From Parasitella parasitica NRRL 2501 (lineage: Eukaryota; Fungi; Mucoromycota): a stretch of 64,000 nucleotides of DNA. The notes under the pieces were generated by a model. The model saw only the letters and a list, made by a program, of their open reading frames with translations. It was not told where the DNA came from and did no database searches. Positions 38,730 through 52,189 of this stretch are shown one piece after another; the stretch's first letter is position 1; each line of letters begins with the position of its first letter. Both the position numbers and the translations under genes were made by a program. Location of the stretch: the NCBI GenBank assembly GCA_025201805.1, contig MU619242.1:375323-439322 (forward strand), in the 5' to 3' direction.

Positions 38730-41700
38730 ATGGAAAGAGCACAGGATCCAGAAAACGCTGCTATCCACAAACAATTCGAGGAGGCTTGCTCAGATTTCCA
38801 GGTAGAAAATACAAGCTATTAAATAGTTGCAGCGAGTTCTAATAACAGCAAAGATTCCTGCAACCAGAGCTGCTGCCGAACAAGTCTTGACACAGTTTCG
38901 CCAAGTGCCAAAAGCACTCCCAGCATGTCAGTACATCCTAGGTAAACATATTTTGGACAAGGAATGACAGTATTTTGACCAGCACGCCACAGAACATGCC
39001 TCCAACTCTATGGTGCAGTTCCAGGTCTGCTTAGCAATTAGTGATCTTGCTGTGAGGGACTTTACACTCTACGAAAAGGCTGATCTTTTGCGCCTCAAGA
39101 ATTTCGTGATAGAGTTCTGCTTGCAAAGAGAAAGGTAAGCGGCTTTTCGTCTCGACAAAAGCGCACAGACTAACACGGAGCAGCATGGCGAAATACGTCC
39201 GCGATCAGTTGGTCTTGGCCGCTGCGTTGATCACAAAACGCAGCTTGTTTGACGTCGGGGACGGGGAGCGAGAAGCCATTCTTCTCGGGATCAAGCAGCT
39301 TTTAGCTATGGACACCGATAATGCGGTAAGTGCATCCCAACCAACGCAAAGCCAGGTCTGACTGTGTTAGCAGCAAGTGCTTGGTTTAGCGCTAGCCAAC
39401 GCCCTCGTCGACCAGTTTTCCAACTCCAAATCAACCACCATTGGATTGACATGGGAGCATCATCACAACTGCAAAGTCTTTTTTGAAGACAACATCTTGC
39501 TGCCTCTGTTTGAGCAGGTCGTCACCAAGCTGCATGGGTTTGTGTCGCATGTGCAGCAGCTGCCCGACAATGTGCCTGCAGTCCTGGTAGAGATGTTGGT
39601 TTTGCTGGAAAAGATGCTCCAGTGGGAGTTTGAGTCGACGAATGCAACACCCTTACTGCCCGGCTCATTTGCCAAGGAGTCTGATTTGGACGAGTTTGAC
39701 AGGGAAGATGGGCCATCTGCAGTCAAAAAGACCTACGTTGTCTTTCCCAAACAGTGGCAGCCAGTCATCGGCAGCAGCCAAGTGCTGTGGGTGTTTTTCA
39801 TGGCGTACAGCCTTGTTCAGGACGACGACGCATTGGGACATCGCTGCAGACAGTGTTTGATTCAGCTTGCTGGGTTCCAGCAAGATTTCTTTGGCGATAA
39901 TGCAGAGACGATCCAATCTTATGCCTCAACCATGATCCACGGTATTCGCAAGATGATGGCAGATGTCACTGCTTTTGGCACAAGTCCAGATGCTCTGAGC
40001 GAACAGGGTCCTCAAATGCTGGGCACCATTCAAATGATTCACCGTTTGCTGGAGAATGTGTCCCTAGTCATTCTGTGCGGCATTCCTGATTTCTTTGCCT
40101 TTCTGAACGAGGTTGGTCTGATTACCATCAGTTGCTTGCACGGCACTGTTGCCGACGTGGACGAAGGGTGGATCAGCGAAGCATGTGATGAATGCTTGCA
40201 AACATGGGTCAAGCTGGGTAACGTGGAACATAAGGCTTGTCGAGTTGTAATGCCATCGCTAACGACTCTTTCCAACAGCCGATATTGTTCAGCCTAGAGA
40301 TCCTCGTGGAGCAGACCCTAAGGCAGGGTTGACGCCTGACCAGACACAGCACTTGATGCAATACGTGACAGCAGTAGCGTACCAGATTGTTGAAACCTAT
40401 GTCAATACTCGTTTAGAACGTGCAAAATCAGTCTTGGAGTACGAGGAGGAAGAAGACGAGATTGACGCAGGCTTCAAAGATTGGGACACGTTTGCAGATC
40501 AACTCACTTGCATCGGCACTCTAGGCAGACACAACCCTCAGCCAACCTTACAGCACCTCTCTCACCTGCTCGCCGAGCGATTCAAGACTTTCAAGAGCTT
40601 CTTTGACGCACCTAGCAACGACAATGAGCAGGAACTTGTCTTTTTGCATGAACAGCTTCATTGGATCATCTTGATTGCTGGACATGTTTTAGCCGATGCT
40701 GGCAAGGGAGAACAGCCCATGATCCCTGACGCCTTGATGCACCTGAGCGGGACGCAATCTTGTGAGCACGACCAAGTAGTGAACCTATCGCAGCTGTTTC
40801 TCGAGTTATTCAGATTTAGCTCTGGGTTCAGCGCTTCGTCTGTGGAGGCGTCGAATTGCAGCCCTCGCGTAGCAGAAACGCTGGTTTGGTACATGGACAG
40901 ATGGAGCAAATCGTATCTGCTGGTGGACGAGAACGAATACGGCTTTATGAGCCCCAATATTGCAAAGGCATTTGGCAGACCTGGCCCTTCCGACGGCCAA
41001 GGCTTGAAAATCGTCGATTTCTTTATCCAGCAGCTCAAGGCCAACTTTATCCTCTGGAACGCTGATCCCGATGTGCTTGCGCAGCTTGTTAAATGGCTGT
41101 ATACATGCGGTACATCCACCAACCTAAAGACAGGATTATTGCAGTCTGGTATGTTGTTCTCGTCGTAATTTCTTGCTTTGACGGATGCTAACAGCGTGTG
41201 ATGCGCAGCACAATTCCCAGAGCTGGTTCAGTTTGTCACCCAAAATTTAGAGCAGCTACCAGAAGCTATCCACAATTCACTGATCCAGACCATCACCTCC
41301 ATCTCAAGCTTTGCGCCTGATGAGGCTACTCGAAACAACTACTTTGCACTGCTGTTTGGAATGATCGAGGACAAGTTCGGATCGGTGCTGCAGCGACCTG
41401 ATTTCCAGCAACTGCATCAGCATATCGAAATCATGAACAATGTGATTGGAGCGCTAGAGATGTTTGACGGTCTTGCACTTGCTTGCCAATACAGCAACAC
41501 ACAAACGATCTTTCAGTTCTGCGCTAGGTTCTTTGAGAGTATCATTCAGTTGATGACGCTCTACAAAACTGTGCCTGAAGTACAACTCGCCATTTTGCAG
41601 CTGTTTGCTGATCTCTGCAAGCGCATTGATTTTGGATTACTGAGCGACGGCGACAGGCAGATACTCTTTCACACAATAATCCAAGTTGTCAAGGCGTTCG

Positions 41701-42512
41701 GTGTCTCCAACCAGAACAGAAAGAGGATGCACTCTCAGGAGGAGGAGCAGGACAAGCCCTACGCTGACATTTCCACTGTGCTGGTCATGCTGTCCAACAT
41801 CATGTCCTCGGGCATCGAGGATTTCAGCAGAAAAGACGCCGCAGACAACTCGGAGGTTGCCAATGTCGTCCTGTTTGGCGCCAACATTGTTATCCCGATG
41901 ATTGATATGGAAATGCTAAAGGTAATTCCGAAGCTGTATGCTGTCTGTCATGTGACAATTTTCCTCCTAACGCACATGACGTTTTAGATCCCTAGTCTCT
42001 GCCAACAGTACATCCGACTGATATCCCACCTGATCGAAGTGTTCCCTGACAAATTATCCGGGCTACCGACACCTCTGTTCCTTAACCTTATGGCAAGTTT
42101 GGAATACGGCATCCGACATGACATTTCAGATGTCAATATACTCACATTACATGCCATCACTCCGCTGACACTGTGGTCATTCCAACATAGCGCTGATTTC
42201 TTGAAGGAGCCGTTGCAAAAGTTCCTGCAAGAGCTGCTGAACTGCCTCCTGTTCCAGCACTTGGATTCCAACATTGTTGACGCTGCAGCGGACGCTCTTT
42301 TGGCCTTGATCTGCGTACAACGCAATGTGTACATGCTGCTGGCAAACCAAATCATTTCACAGCAGCCCAAAGATATCCAGCCCAGGCTCACGCACGCTTT
42401 CCAAAAGCTAGACCAGGCAACTCCCCAGCAACCCCATAGAAACGTGCCTGAATTCAAAGATGCACTGTTGGCCTTTTTGATGAATGTGCGTGCCATTTTG
42501 CGAGTGAAATAA
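38730..42512 (+). CDS. XPO4: Exportin-4-like karyopherin
   Basis: Multi-exon HEAT-repeat protein with AAEQVLTQFRQ, GLTWEHHHNCKVFFE, DQLTCIGTLGR, EQLHWIILIAGHVLAD, VLFGANIVIPMIDMEMLKIPSLCQQY and a C-terminal FLMNVRAILRVK. Confidence 0.85.
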
Positions 42513-42591
42513 ATATTTTTTGATTTGTCATTTGATCTGTTAATCGGAAGACTGTCTTTGGCTCTATAAAAATGCACCTTTTTTTTTCCCC

Positions 42592-42622
<31 letters not shown>

Positions 42623-42643
42623 CTCCTACATTATAATTCGCAA

Positions 42644-44322
42644 ATGACCAAGAATTACTCCTCAATCGTGGACAACGACACATCGGCCTCGTCCATTTCC
42701 TCTATTCCAGCATTGTCTGTCTTTTCAGAAATCGGAGCTGCCCTGGACGAGCAAAGGCCGCTGCTCACAAACTCGACGGTGGATTCGTCCGTCTGCTCAA
42801 CTATCGATTCGGTCTACTTTGAAGAGCCCAGTGCTACTGTAGCAAGTGCTGCCATCAATTTGTCAAACACAATCCTTGGAACAGGCATGCTGGCCATGGT
42901 AATATCTCCCTCTGATTGCTGTATATATGTATACTCATTTTTTCTTTTTTATCTTACCGCAAGAGTAGCCTGCTGCTCTGGCTTGTGTTGGCCTCATTCC
43001 TGGCATGATCCTCATCCTGTATGCTGGAGTAACGTCAGGGCTCGGTCTATATTTTCTAGCAATGTGTGCAGGAAAAGTAGGGGGCAGAAATGCGTCATTT
43101 TCTTCCCTATCGAAATTAACTTGGCCTAAATTAGGGATATTCTTTGATATCGCCATCGCAATTAAATGCTTTGGGGTGGCCATTAGTTACCTGATTATTT
43201 TAGGCGATTTAATGCCTCAGGTAAAAAGGGAGAAAAAGCGGGTGTATATGAGAGGGATAGCTAGACTAAATAGCAAATACAGGTGATTTCATCGTTTTTT
43301 CATCATGCAGAGGAGGTTGAATTACTGATGGATAGGAGGTTTTGGATTACATTATCTATCATTACAGCCGTGGGGCCTCTCAGCTATCTTCGGAAGCTGG
43401 ACTCGCTCAAATACACCAGTCTGGTCGCTCTATTTGCCGTCGCCTACCTGGTCGCCATCGTCCTGTACCACTACATTTCTCCCAACTTTCCGCCTCCACC
43501 TCCCGAATCAATCGAGTATTTCCACTTTTCCACAAAGATATTCAGCCAGCTGCCTGTGTTTATATTTGCATTTACATGTCATCAGAATGTAAGACGTTGT
43601 GCGTATGCATTATGCATATAAACATTTGCTCATTCTATTATTAGATCTTTTCTGTACACAACGAGCTGCAAGATAACAGTGTAAAGTCCATAGTCAAAGT
43701 CATCTTTTCTTCTATTGGCTCGGCTGCCTTTATTTATGAAGTAGTCGCTGTCCTCGGCTATCTCAGCTTTGGTAAAGATGTGTTGGGGAACATCATCCTG
43801 ATGTGTAAGTGAATCCATGTGTGCTCCCCTCCCTCCTCCTTGAACGAATAAAGATTCACTAACGTGCATGTACATCATACAGATCCCCAGTCTCATTTTG
43901 TCGCGTATGGCAGACTGGCAATTGTAGTCCTTGTGATTTTCAGCTACCCACTGCAAGCTCATCCCTGCAGAGCTTCAATCGATAAAGTTATAGACAATTT
44001 CCACCACAAACGACGACACCAGCAGCAACTCCAAGATGTGCTTGTTGTCACCAACACCAAAAGGCACATCATAGTAACCACATGTATCATTCTGACCAGC
44101 TATGTGGTCGCCATCACAATCTCCCAACTAGATCTCGTGCTGTCGTTTGTCGGATCCACCGGGTCCACCACGATTTCGTTCATCCTTCCTGGCTTGTTTT
44201 ACACCAAATTGTACAGCCAAGAAAAATGGAACTGGAGACGATGCGTTGCCTTATTTTTAGTTGTTTATGGATTTATGGTCATGTCCGTTTGTTTGACTTT
44301 TAACATTAAGAGATTGCTTTAA
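42644..44322 (+). CDS. Vacuolar amino acid transporter, Avt5/6/7-like
   Basis: INLSNTILGTGMLAMP, AIAIKCFGVAISYL, LDSLKYTS, FAFTCHQN, SYPLQAHPCR and VGSTGSTTISFILPG. Four introns. Confidence 0.92.
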
Positions 44323-44481
44323 AATTAATAATAATAAACATATTTATTTTGCTGCTGCCACAATATAATAAAATTGCATACATTAAGGCTTTGTTTTGTA
44401 ATTAAGAAGAGGACAATTATGTATTTCAAGAGGAACATGAGAGTATAATCCGAATATTTTAATTTTTTTTTTTTTTTTTTT

Positions 44482-44646
44482 NNNNNNNNNNNNNNNNNNN
44501 NNNNNNNNNNNNNNNNNNNNNNNNNNNNNNNNNNNNNNNNNNNNNNNNNNNNNNNNNNNNNNNNNNNNNNNNNNNNNNNNNNNNNNNNNNNNNNNNNNNN
44601 NNNNNNNNNNNNNNNNNNNNNNNNNNNNNNNNNNNNNNNNNNNNNN
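44482..44646. other. Assembly gap flanked by poly(T)
   Basis: Run of N; a 10-N gap also lies at 33115-33124. Confidence 1.
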
Positions 44647-44706
44647 TTTTTTTTTTTTGTTTCTAGTCGATTGGAATCATCACTTTTCTGCATTTTTATT
44701 TACATC

Positions 44707-45126
44707 ATGAACACCCAGGAATTGAACGCCATTGAAGGGCTTCTCGGCCTTTGCTCTTACTATCCTTACCAGCAAAACTCATCCCAAGCCTCTCTCCATA
44801 GCAAGGCATCTGATCAGTCTCTTGTTTGCTTGAATCCCATCAGTCCAAATGACACTGGGGTTAGATTGCCCTCCATAGCTCAAGTTTTATCGTCACCCAA
44901 CACTGCCTACGCATCATCCGCATCGTCAATATCATCATCAGCACCGTCCACATGTTCCTTGAATTTCATCCTGTCTACTCCAATGTGCCCATCCATGAGC
45001 TCTTGCTCCTCTTCTGCGTCTTCTATTGCATCCAGCTTTTCTGATCAGGGCCCTCAACTAGCGACAAAACGCACTTTGCGTAGAACAACAGCCTGTATTT
45101 TGAACCGACGTGGAAGGCCCAAGAAG

Positions 45127-45163
<37 letters not shown>

Positions 45164-45603
45164 GCAGCAGCATCAACGGTGGCAACGGCAATTACAGTAA
45201 TTACAGCAATCACAGCAATCACGGCAATCACGGCAACCATAGTAACCATAGCAATCATAGCAACCCCAAAAAAGTAAATGAAATTAGGATTATTCAAAGT
45301 GAGTACGAAAAGACTGCAGCAGCAATCCCCAAGTCATCCGGTGAAAATGTAATTTGCATTACCAACAAACCAAGATGGCTAGAGTCTGAACGTATAAGCC
45401 TAATCGAAGCTATCGTGCAAGAAAAAGAGCTCGACGACATGACAACTATTCCTTGGGATAAAGTTTCTAAAGCAGTCGGACGCGCCAAGAAGGCTTGCAA
45501 GGATCAATGGCGCAGAGAGATACTGCCTCATTTGTTAAAGGGGTTTGTGCGTCAAGATTATCGTCATAGAAGCAATAATGATGCAATAGATTCACTGTTA
45601 TAA
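44707..45603 (+). CDS. Myb/SANT-like DNA-binding protein
   Basis: RWLESERISLIEAI...IPWDKVSKAVGRAKKACKDQWRR, AT-hook-like RRGRPKK, poly-Asn and (NHS/NHG) repeats. Confidence 0.8.
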
Positions 45604-46817
45604 ATGCAATGCTAGACAAATATATAGGCTGCCATGATATATATATATATATATACATGTATATACCATTATAGACACATTCATATGAACATGTTCATAT
45701 ATGTACCGCATAGAAATAATCATAAACAGCTAAATAAAACTTTTCTCTTCTTTTAATACCAACACTCAAGTGCACAACCATGTCTTTTTATTTATCATGG
45801 GCTGACAGAACCCATTGTCTCGGTAGTCTGTCAAATTTTGCTGTTTGTAACACAGCTCTCTCAGTGCTCTGTCGTAAGAACGCGTCAGCATTTGAACTCC
45901 AGAATAGGGTAAAAGAGACTGAGCCAAGAAGAGTGGGTGTGTCCATTTTCTTCCATCTTGAAATCAAGACTAATTCAAAATGTGTATGCGTACAACTTGT
46001 GAAACATGCAAAAAATACACCTGGATGGGTAAGTGGTATTTTTAATAAGAAAAGTCCCTGACATTAAGCAATGATTACAGGCTGTGGTAAACATATCAGC
46101 CAAGCTTTGGCTGGTTTAAAGGAAGATGAGATCTGCAAATGCAAGGAACAAGAGAACAAGAATGAAAACGAGACTAAATAAGCATAGAAATCGTGCAATG
46201 ATTTTATGAATAAACTTTTTGCTTAACGGCGACATTGTAATTTTGTACAAAGCCTAGGCAATCCTCACTTGCGTTATATTCATTCTTGTAGAAAAAGCTG
46301 CGACGTTTGTAGTGTGCTTGATTTGCTCTCTCACTTGAAAGTTGTTCTGACAGTTGTTGCTAACATCTAGCACGCCAGTATAACTGTTGACACGCAGCAA
46401 CTCTACGTATTTTGCCCAATATCCAAGCTGGGATAAAGTGTATATATTCAACTTGTGGCTACATCATTTGGAGTACTACTGGATAATGCAACTGGGTGAA
46501 CACAGTGCTTTTACATTCAATCAGCTTCCACGAAATTTTTCTTTTGGTCATTGTTCAACACTTGTAAGAGTCTTTGGCTTGTATAATTGCATTTGTTTTA
46601 TGATTGAAAAAGATCAAGAATGCATGCTTAAGAGGACATATATGATGAACTCATGTCCATGTGTGTAAAAGTGTTTGGTTGCAAAACGGCGTCCGAAAAA
46701 AAAGGAGAGGGGGGGGTTCAACCCACTGGATAAGTCCCCGTGTTGAGGGTGCATCTACACAAAAAAGCAAGATCTGGCATCCAGTGTCTTGCTCTTTCCC
46801 TTGATCAGAATACAGAA

Positions 46818-47152
46818 ATGGTACGCTATACATTGCCATCCTCATGCTCATGTCCTATCAGATCGAGTCGCAGTGGATGGATGGAGAGACGGAACGGATG
46901 GATGGGATGCAGTTGTGCTTACTGACTCGTTGTGATATTAGCCTTCTCAAAAGTCGTTCATTACCAAGGTTAAGCTTGGCAAGGCCAAGAAGCAAAACCG
47001 CCCTTTGCCTCACTGGTTCCGTCTTAAGACTGACACAAAGATTCGGTAAGCATTGAAATCGTGGCTCAAATGTTGGGATCTCGACTCACTCTGTACGCAA
47101 TAGTTGGAACGCAAAGAGACGCAACTGGCGTCACACCAAGTTGAACATTTAA
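46818..47152 (+). CDS. RPL39: 60S ribosomal protein eL39 (absent from the ORF track)
   Basis: Exons 46818-46820, 46942-47045 and 47104-47152 give [51 protein letters not shown]. Confidence 0.97.
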
Positions 47153-48278
47153 GTAGCTCTCTATTTTAATATAACATTAATAAATATCAACTGCAACCAA
47201 ATGCTCACAACACCAATTGCGAAAAGTGTCAATTTACAAGTGCAATCAATTTCAATTGTATTGCATCATTGGACTCGATGTTTTCATTAAATAGGCATGA
47301 TTCAAACGAGAGAGAGAGAAAAAAAAAGGAGTGGTTTTATTGCTGATTGTATCATAAGACAAAAGGGAGGTTGTAACAAAAGAAACTTGGACAGACAGAA
47401 AGAGAAAAGAGATGAAGGAGGAAAAAAAAATATACATTTAATACATGAAAACAGAATATGGGGTAATAAAGAATTAATAGCCAAATGTATTTTCACCAGA
47501 GTAACTACGGTTAATGAATCATGTGAGCATGAGGCAATAATATTACGTGGTCCAACGCTGCTGCTACTTACGTGATGTATAGGAAACCATCTTCGTCCTT
47601 GTGCTCTTCGTAGATGGCACTCATCAAAGCTAAGCAGACTATTTAGTCAAAGTCATTGGATTCACTGGCTGCATAAACTTACCCGCAGTAGGAGGCAGGA
47701 TCTCATTCACAAAGATAAAGATAGCCTTTTCCGGGCTCAGCTTGATTCTCTTTCTGATTACATAGACAAACTGGCCCACTGTCAGGTCGGCAGGGACCAA
47801 GTACTTTTTCTTGTCAATAGTAGGGATGTCGCTCTTTTCGACCTTTTCGCAAATTACAGGAATACGTTCGGGATATTTTTGTCGGATTCGCTCTGCTTCA
47901 GCTTTGCGTTTTTCTAGCAGCAGACGATAGAATCAGACAGCGTCCTTCCCCAATAAAAACTAGATGCCCAACCACTTACCAAATGGATGTTCGTCTTTAA
48001 ACTTGGAGCGCATGGTATGTAGTGTAGAGCCTCAGTTGGATAAAATGTAGAGTACAGGAATGGAAGGGAAAAAAAAAACAAAGAGGAAAAAAGACGCATA
48101 ATCTTTTTATATTTGAGAGAGGGGGATACATGTGATCAGCCATGCCAAATCATCAGGTCAATTGGTGCGTTTTAGCCCTGCTGATTTCTATTGGTTTGTT
48201 GTTTCTTGCTCTGCATTTTTTTTTTTTTTTTTTTGCCATTTTCTTTTCCTTCAAAAGGACACGTATAATACAAGAAAA

Positions 48279-50020
48279 ATGCTGCCACCCATCACTACCG
48301 GCATTCAAGAAAGCATCGGCTCGACTCCAATGGTCCGGCTTGATCTGCAGGATAAAGGTAAAGGTAAAAGCATATGGCAATGGCTTGGAGACTGACCGAC
48401 TTGTGTCATTCTTCTAGTCAACATCCTTGCCAAACTGGAATACACAAATCCTACTGGAAGCGCAAAGGACAGACTTGCCAAGTATCTACTAGATCGTACG
48501 TGTAAATGTATATATGCAATTCAGCGCACTGCTTTGCTAACCGACCAGCATACTGCTAGAGCATGAAAAAAAGACTCCATTCGAGGCTCGGGAAGCCGTT
48601 ACCAAGAAAACCTTGATCATCCCTACATCTGGCAATCTGGGTATCTCTGTCGCTACTCTGGCCGCTAAACGACACTACCGCATTATTGCCATCCTGCCTG
48701 AGCGCACCTCCAACGACCGCATTTCGCTGTTAAAGGCCCTTGGTGTCGAGATCCTACGATCACCCAATGAAGTCAGACCAGAGGCGCCAGAGAGTGCCCA
48801 CTCTGTTGCTGCTCGACTGGCTGAGCAATTGCCCAATGCCGTTGTTCTAGATGAGGTAAGTGCATCGAGAGGAGAGAGAGAGAGAGAGAGATGTCGGATC
48901 TGAAACGTCTGTGTAGACAAAACTGCGCGATTTGACAGCTTACCATGATCTGGCAGAAGAAATTGTTCAACAAACAAAACTATCGGTTGACCATGTCTTT
49001 GTCGGCGTTGCATCAGGTGCCATGTTGACAGGCGTTGCTCAATACATCAAGAAGAAAATACCAGGCGTCAAGGTAAATGTTTGTGTGCGTATCTCCCAAT
49101 GATGCGAAACCAACGCTTGTGATTAGATCATCGGTGTTGAACCCACTGATTCTGCTCTGGGGGATTCAGACTCTGCAAAGACTGTGCGTGGTGTGGTAAG
49201 CTTCAATGGATGTGCTACATTACTAGGCTTTGTGCATGCTGACATCGCCATGTAGGACTGGAAGATCGAAGATTTGGGTAGCAACGTTATTCCCGAGAGC
49301 CTCGACAGAAGCCTTGTCGATGAATGGATCAAGGTTTCTGACAAGGAAGCGTATTCGATGGCACGACGATTAATTCGTGACGAGGGTGTGCTGTGTGGGC
49401 CGTCATCAGGTGCATTAGTGGCTGCAGCTGTTCGTCATGCTCGCGCCATTGCAGACCACAGCACACACATTCCACAGTCAGTTGTGATTCTTAATGACTC
49501 TTGCAAAAGCTACACGTCTACCCTATTGTCAGATGACTGGCTGTTTGAAAATGACTTGGCCGATGACCTGATCACAAGTGAATTGCAGTATGTGTCCCAA
49601 AATAGATATCGTGCTGCTAGCGTGGAGGATCTCCAACTGCCTGCTGCGGTCACCATCCCTCCTACTGCTGTTGTGTCCCACGCTATAGATCTGATGTTGG
49701 AGCGTGAGTACTCCCAGTTACCCGTGCTTAGAAATCGCAAGTTGGTCGGCTACGTATCTCTTAGTGCGTTGCAAGACCGATTAGAAAGCGGCTCGGTAAA
49801 GCTCTCGGATACTGTTGGGGATGCCATGTTTTCTTTCAAAAAGGGTGTGGTGACAAACAAATACGAGATCATTACGCCTGATACAAGCTTGGCTGACCTG
49901 GCCAAATTCTTTGAAAAGAATTCGTTTGCTGTTGTCACCGACGCTAATAGAAGATGGTGTCTTGGCGTAGCTACAAAATACGATCTAATCAGCTTCCTGC
50001 ATAGACGACAATTTCTGTAG
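48279..50020 (+). CDS. Cystathionine beta-synthase-like protein (PLP fold II plus CBS pair), divergent active site
   Basis: IGSTPMVRL, AKLEYTNPTGSAKDR, PTSGNLG, ARRLIRDEGVLCGPSSG and C-terminal CBS domains (YSQLPV, ATKYDLISFL). Five introns. Confidence 0.88.
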
Positions 50021-51196
50021 ATAATAAAAAGGAGCTTGAGGAGGCTTTTTTACTCTAGTCTTTATAAATTTGCATGTACATTTCGTTGGCATTCAGTAAT
50101 TTTTTGATGGGATCGACTTTGTTCATTGCTCAGAAACATTGCTATACTTTTTTTTTGTTGGCATTTGCTTTTGTGGGCCACGCCTCGACAAGAGTGGGCA
50201 AGAGCGCACACTTTTGCGCTATGATTTAATTATTGCCGTCTTCGCCTCTCGTATCATATCACCACGTTTGTTGGCTAAATTATTGACCTTTTCTTCGCAA
50301 AGGTAAATTTGGTCTCACTAAAGCGGTGTACAGCTCGTGCTGCCGTAGGCCTACTTTGCATTCGAGTAATAAAAAGAATTTATAAACACGCATGTGTATG
50401 TTTAAAGTACTTATCTCACGCTTTAAGCATGATATATAAGGACTTTTGCTAGTATTTCCACGTAACATAAACTTCATTGAATGGATAGGACATTGTTGAA
50501 TTGTTCGGTACCTTCTCAGCAGTGTAGTTGATGAACTGAGGATTCAAACAGAAGGTTATATTAAACCCACAGTATAGTCAGCATTGTCAGCTGTAAAGCA
50601 AAAAATAACCATTTCAACCTTTACAGTTGTTCTAGTAAGTATTCATAACTAAAATTGTTGGTTTCTTTTGCTTTCAATACTCCTATCAAATCACGAATGA
50701 ATGAATTACAATTGGATTTAAATAAGCATTCATAGAAGTAAAACAAAGCAGAGTCATGTGTTTTTATCTTTTGTTTTGAATTCTTTGCTCCAAGTGTCAT
50801 TGTTTTTGATCAAGTCCACAATTACTTTAGAAAGTGGGGTTAATAGAGACCTTGCTAGGTTTTAAATATTTGAAATTTTTATGCAATTTTTGTAAAAAAA
50901 AAAAATGTAACATTGCCATTTAAAGAAAATAGAATATCACATCAAAATGGTAATTTGTAAAATTTTGGGTCTAGGATGAAAAAGCGTATTCAAACCGTCG
51001 TATTTTTATCTTTTCTCTACTAAAAGCTAAAATCCACAATATGTGAGCTAAAATAAACAACACAAGTTATATTGAATATGACCCTCAACATAATGGAATT
51101 GATGGCAGAAGAAAACATCAAAGATCGGGAACTAGCAAGCATGCGTTGACAACAACAGTAAAGTCATGCAAGACTCCTCGCCGCATTAATGTAGAG

Positions 51197-51470
51197 AGAG
51201 TTATATGGACAAGTTCAAGGACACTAGAGCTTCTTCAGGCTTATGTGAAGTTTCGACCACATGGTGTAGTCCACGGGGTGAACAAATACAACAATGGGAG
51301 AAGGTTGTTGAGGATGTGAACAGTATAGATAGTGACCAAAACAGTTTAAAAAGATAAGCTGTTCAAGAAAGGGTTGAAAAAATGATGAACACCTTTACGG
51401 AAAAGACTTCGAACAACAAGTCAGGTAGTAGCAACCATACTCCTGAGATGGAGGAAGCAGCTCGCAACGC
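51197..51470 (+). mobile_element. Decayed Myb/SANT-like (PIF/Harbinger accessory-type) ORF fragment
   Basis: RVIWTSSRTLELLQAYVKFRPHGVVHG/EQIQQWEKVVEDVN...AVQERVEKMM...KSGS, with a frameshift and a stop. Confidence 0.45.
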
Positions 51471-52189
51471 TTAACGCTTGGGGGGGGGGGGAAGTGGGGG
51501 TGGTAAATGCGATGTTATCAAATAAGACGATAAAGTAATTTTTACATTTTCATGTAGAGAAGCGATGATTAAGCCACTACTGCCGCGCACAAAAGCAAGA
51601 AAGCTCAAGAGTTGAAAGATAAAGAGGATGACGCCAAGATGTTGCAGCGAAAAGAAAAAGAATAAAGGCAAAGGAAATAACAGTACTAATAGTAGTAGGA
51701 CAATGGAGACTCCCGTCTTAACTTCACCTAGTTCTTATAAATTGCATTGAGCCGTATGTTTGAAAAATAATGCTGGATGCGCATTATAAACGTCGGCTTC
51801 CTGGTTATCCTTCTTCATACCCTATAAATAAAGGCTGTCTGTTATTTGGCAGACATTGATCACCGCTTCGTCAAAGTTCCGTTTCCGTGGTGTTGAAATT
51901 TCTATAGGTTTGAGGTACGGATATATCACCATCAAGAAGATGCTGTCCAATGACGGTGGATACAAATTGATCATTGGAACACGCAGTTGCAACTTATTGA
52001 TTACATCAAGCATGCAACTAGATACTGCATAGGTCAATATTGGACCAGCGACGGATCATTTTATGCCGACAGACCACACCACGATCTTTTTGGATAAAGC
52101 ATCCATCCAAAGTGCAGAAGCAATACTTTCAAATAAAGACACATTTCGAACACAAGCAATTCCAATCCTATACCAGTTAAAACAAGTAG

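Noticed and set aside
1635-50020. Sulfur-metabolism cluster (sulfite oxidase plus CBS-like gene)
   Set aside because: The genes are 45 kb apart and separated by unrelated housekeeping genes.
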